Assembly: GCA_033581555.1 (NCBI GenBank)
Contig: JAVQSZ010000008.1
Span: 1-47,334 of the forward strand
Source of the DNA: Nitrososphaerota archaeon
GTDB taxonomy: Archaea > Thermoproteota > Nitrososphaeria_A > Caldarchaeales > Calditenuaceae
Direction of reading: 5' to 3'
Length of the DNA: 47,334 nucleotides
Position 1 is the stretch's first letter, and the number at the start of each line of letters is the position of its first letter. The notes under the pieces are model-generated. The model did not search any database and had not been told where the DNA came from. It saw only the letters and a program-made list of their open reading frames with translations. Of the stretch, positions 45,940 through 47,334 are shown piece by piece. The position numbers and the translations under genes are program-made.

Positions 45940-46500
45940 ATGCTGACGGGTTCCGACGAAAGTCCGTCGGGCGAAGGGGCTCAGGGACTTCACGGGAGGC
46001 CGAGGATAGACCCGCTCCTCGCGTACCTGTTCAGGAACAGCGCGCTGACCGAGAGGCAGATGGAGGTGCTCCTGATCGAGCTCGACCCGGTGACTAAGGG
46101 GATGAAGGTCTCCGAGAAGGCGAGACTGCTCGGCGTCACGAAGGGGACCTACGCGAAGGTGCTCCAGCAAGCGCTCAGGAACCTCTCCCAGAGCGTCTTC
46201 ACGGTCCTCCTGATGGGCTACCTGGGCCTCCAGGGAAGGGAGGACGGTCCGGGCTGGATAGTCGAGGTCGGCGAGCACCTGAGGGCAGGGAGGTTCGACG
46301 AGGCGCTCGAGGTCCTCTCCGAGGTCGAGAGGGTCCTAAGGAGGTCGCTGAGGGAGTCCTGCTCCGCGCCTCCTGAAGGAGTCGAGGGCCGCCGCGAGCG
46401 CGAAGAGCGCCGCGAGGGCGATCATACCCGCGTGGGAGAGCCTGAAGGGGAGGTCCCAGCCCGGGTTCAGGACCGCGTCGGACATCCTGTAGGCGACTAG
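45940..46500 (+). CDS. Hypothetical protein with probable HTH
   Basis: LTERQMEVL...VSEKARLLGVTKGTYAKVLQQA looks like a sigma-region-4/Tfx-type HTH; codon usage is host-like up to ~46350. Confidence 0.7.
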   Translation: MLTGSDESPSGEGAQGLHGRPRIDPLLAYLFRNSALTERQMEVLLIELDPVTKGMKVSEKARLLGVTKGTYAKVLQQALRNLSQSVFTVLLMGYLGLQGREDGPGWIVEVGEHLRAGRFDEALEVLSEVERVLRRSLRESCSAPPEGVEGRREREERREGDHTRVGEPEGEVPARVQDRVGHPVGD

Positions 46501-46710
46501 TCCAGCGAGCGAGAGGGAGAACATCGCGCCAGCGACTGAGATTCTAGTCAGTAGAACAATCGCCGCGACGAACCCCGATAGAAAGAGGAAGTTCGAGGCC
46601 GCGAGCCATAGCTGTCCGTCGATGGCCGTTCTAACCCCTTGAACCGCGTAGGGAAGGACGTTCGCAACCCATAGAATCACGGTTAGTTTTGAGATTCGGC
46701 CGCTCAGCAA
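46336..46710 (-). CDS. Small multi-pass membrane protein
   Basis: About four hydrophobic segments; TTG 46710 is preceded by SD-like GAGGTG and a TTTAT box ~40 nt upstream. The ORF-track extension to 46947 is probably spurious. Confidence 0.55.
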   Translation of the reverse strand: MLSGRISKLTVILWVANVLPYAVQGVRTAIDGQLWLAASNFLFLSGFVAAIVLLTRISVAGAMFSLSLAGLVAYRMSDAVLNPGWDLPFRLSHAGMIALAALFALAAALDSFRRRGAGLPQRPP

Positions 46711-46882
46711 CGGGCACCTCACGTCCAGTGTCTCGGTGCTTGACGTGATAAACGTGATCCGGAGACAAGGCCAAACCGATGGCGTGATGGTCGGACGCAA
46801 TCCTCCGGAGATCCTCGGGTATGACGTTCTGTTCGACTGGAACCTCGACGTATTTCTAACCGGAGGACGCGGTGGCCGCAGG

Positions 46883-47266
46883 ATGCCGAGGAGGAGGCTG
46901 AGGCTCGAGATGGTCGACGAGGACGGAGACCGGATCACCCTGATCATCGAGGGGAACCTGACGAGGGAGAAGGTCCTTCAGGTCGCGGACCTGATCGAGC
47001 TGTACGGAGGACATCAGGAAAGGACCGTGCCCCTCGAGAACAAGCTCGTGAGGCTGGCGAGGGCGGTGGAGAGGAGGCTGGCCTCGGGCCCGTTCACCTC
47101 CAGGGACGCGGTCGAGGCCTACAGGGAGGAGTACGGCGAGGAGATCTCGCTCAGCACCGCCTCCACCTACTTGGCCCGCCTTACCGAGAGGGGCTTCCTC
47201 GAGAGGGAGCCGAGCCCCGGAGGCGCGGTGAGGTACAGGCTCGCGAGGCAGCAGGTCGAGGACTGA
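46883..47266 (+). CDS. Hypothetical protein with a small N-terminal beta domain and a C-terminal winged HTH
   Basis: MPRRRLRLEMVDEDGDRITLIIEG...; FTSRDAVEAY...ISLSTASTYLARLTERGFLER...YRL is a wHTH pattern. Confidence 0.8.
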   Translation: MPRRRLRLEMVDEDGDRITLIIEGNLTREKVLQVADLIELYGGHQERTVPLENKLVRLARAVERRLASGPFTSRDAVEAYREEYGEEISLSTASTYLARLTERGFLEREPSPGGAVRYRLARQQVED

Positions 47267-47334
47267 TCGACCCTGAACTGAGGCTCACAGCGAAGCCTCA
47301 CCCGAACGACGGAGGTCTCGGATTCAGAGCCATT

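Overview
GC-rich archaeal chromosomal window. Unsplit rpoA (Rpo1), unsplit rpoB, PolD (DP1+DP2), an intron-containing tRNA and thermophile-like proteins point to the Thaumarchaeota/Aigarchaeota (Nitrososphaeria, probably Caldarchaeales) branch; this is inference, not a database result. Left to right: a nurA-herA pair; a ~12 kb, visibly less GC-biased catabolic block ending next to tRNA-Ala(GGC); and a core region. The catabolic block holds a CUT2/BMP-type ABC importer, a lone xanthine-dehydrogenase-family Mo subunit, DUF2877, a split FdrA with an uncalled 51-aa second part, a cyclase-family hydrolase and DUF1116. The core region holds sppA, tpiA, an NDP-sugar nucleotidyltransferase, an Ard1/RimI acetyltransferase, rpoH-rpoB-rpoA, a membrane-anchored metzincin, a DoxX-like protein, a BtuF-like protein, a probable oriC with ORB boxes, cdc6-DP1, convergent DP2, GGGP synthase, RPA, a surface protein-sec11-kaiC-like operon, a SAMP/MoaD-like protein with a tail after its di-glycine, and two unknown HTH proteins. 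Best candidates for new biology are the archaeal AllFGH-like/cyclase/Mo-hydroxylase/ABC pathway and the capped ubiquitin-like protein with its neighbouring HTH genes. No CRISPR array, rRNA, integrase or transposase was seen.
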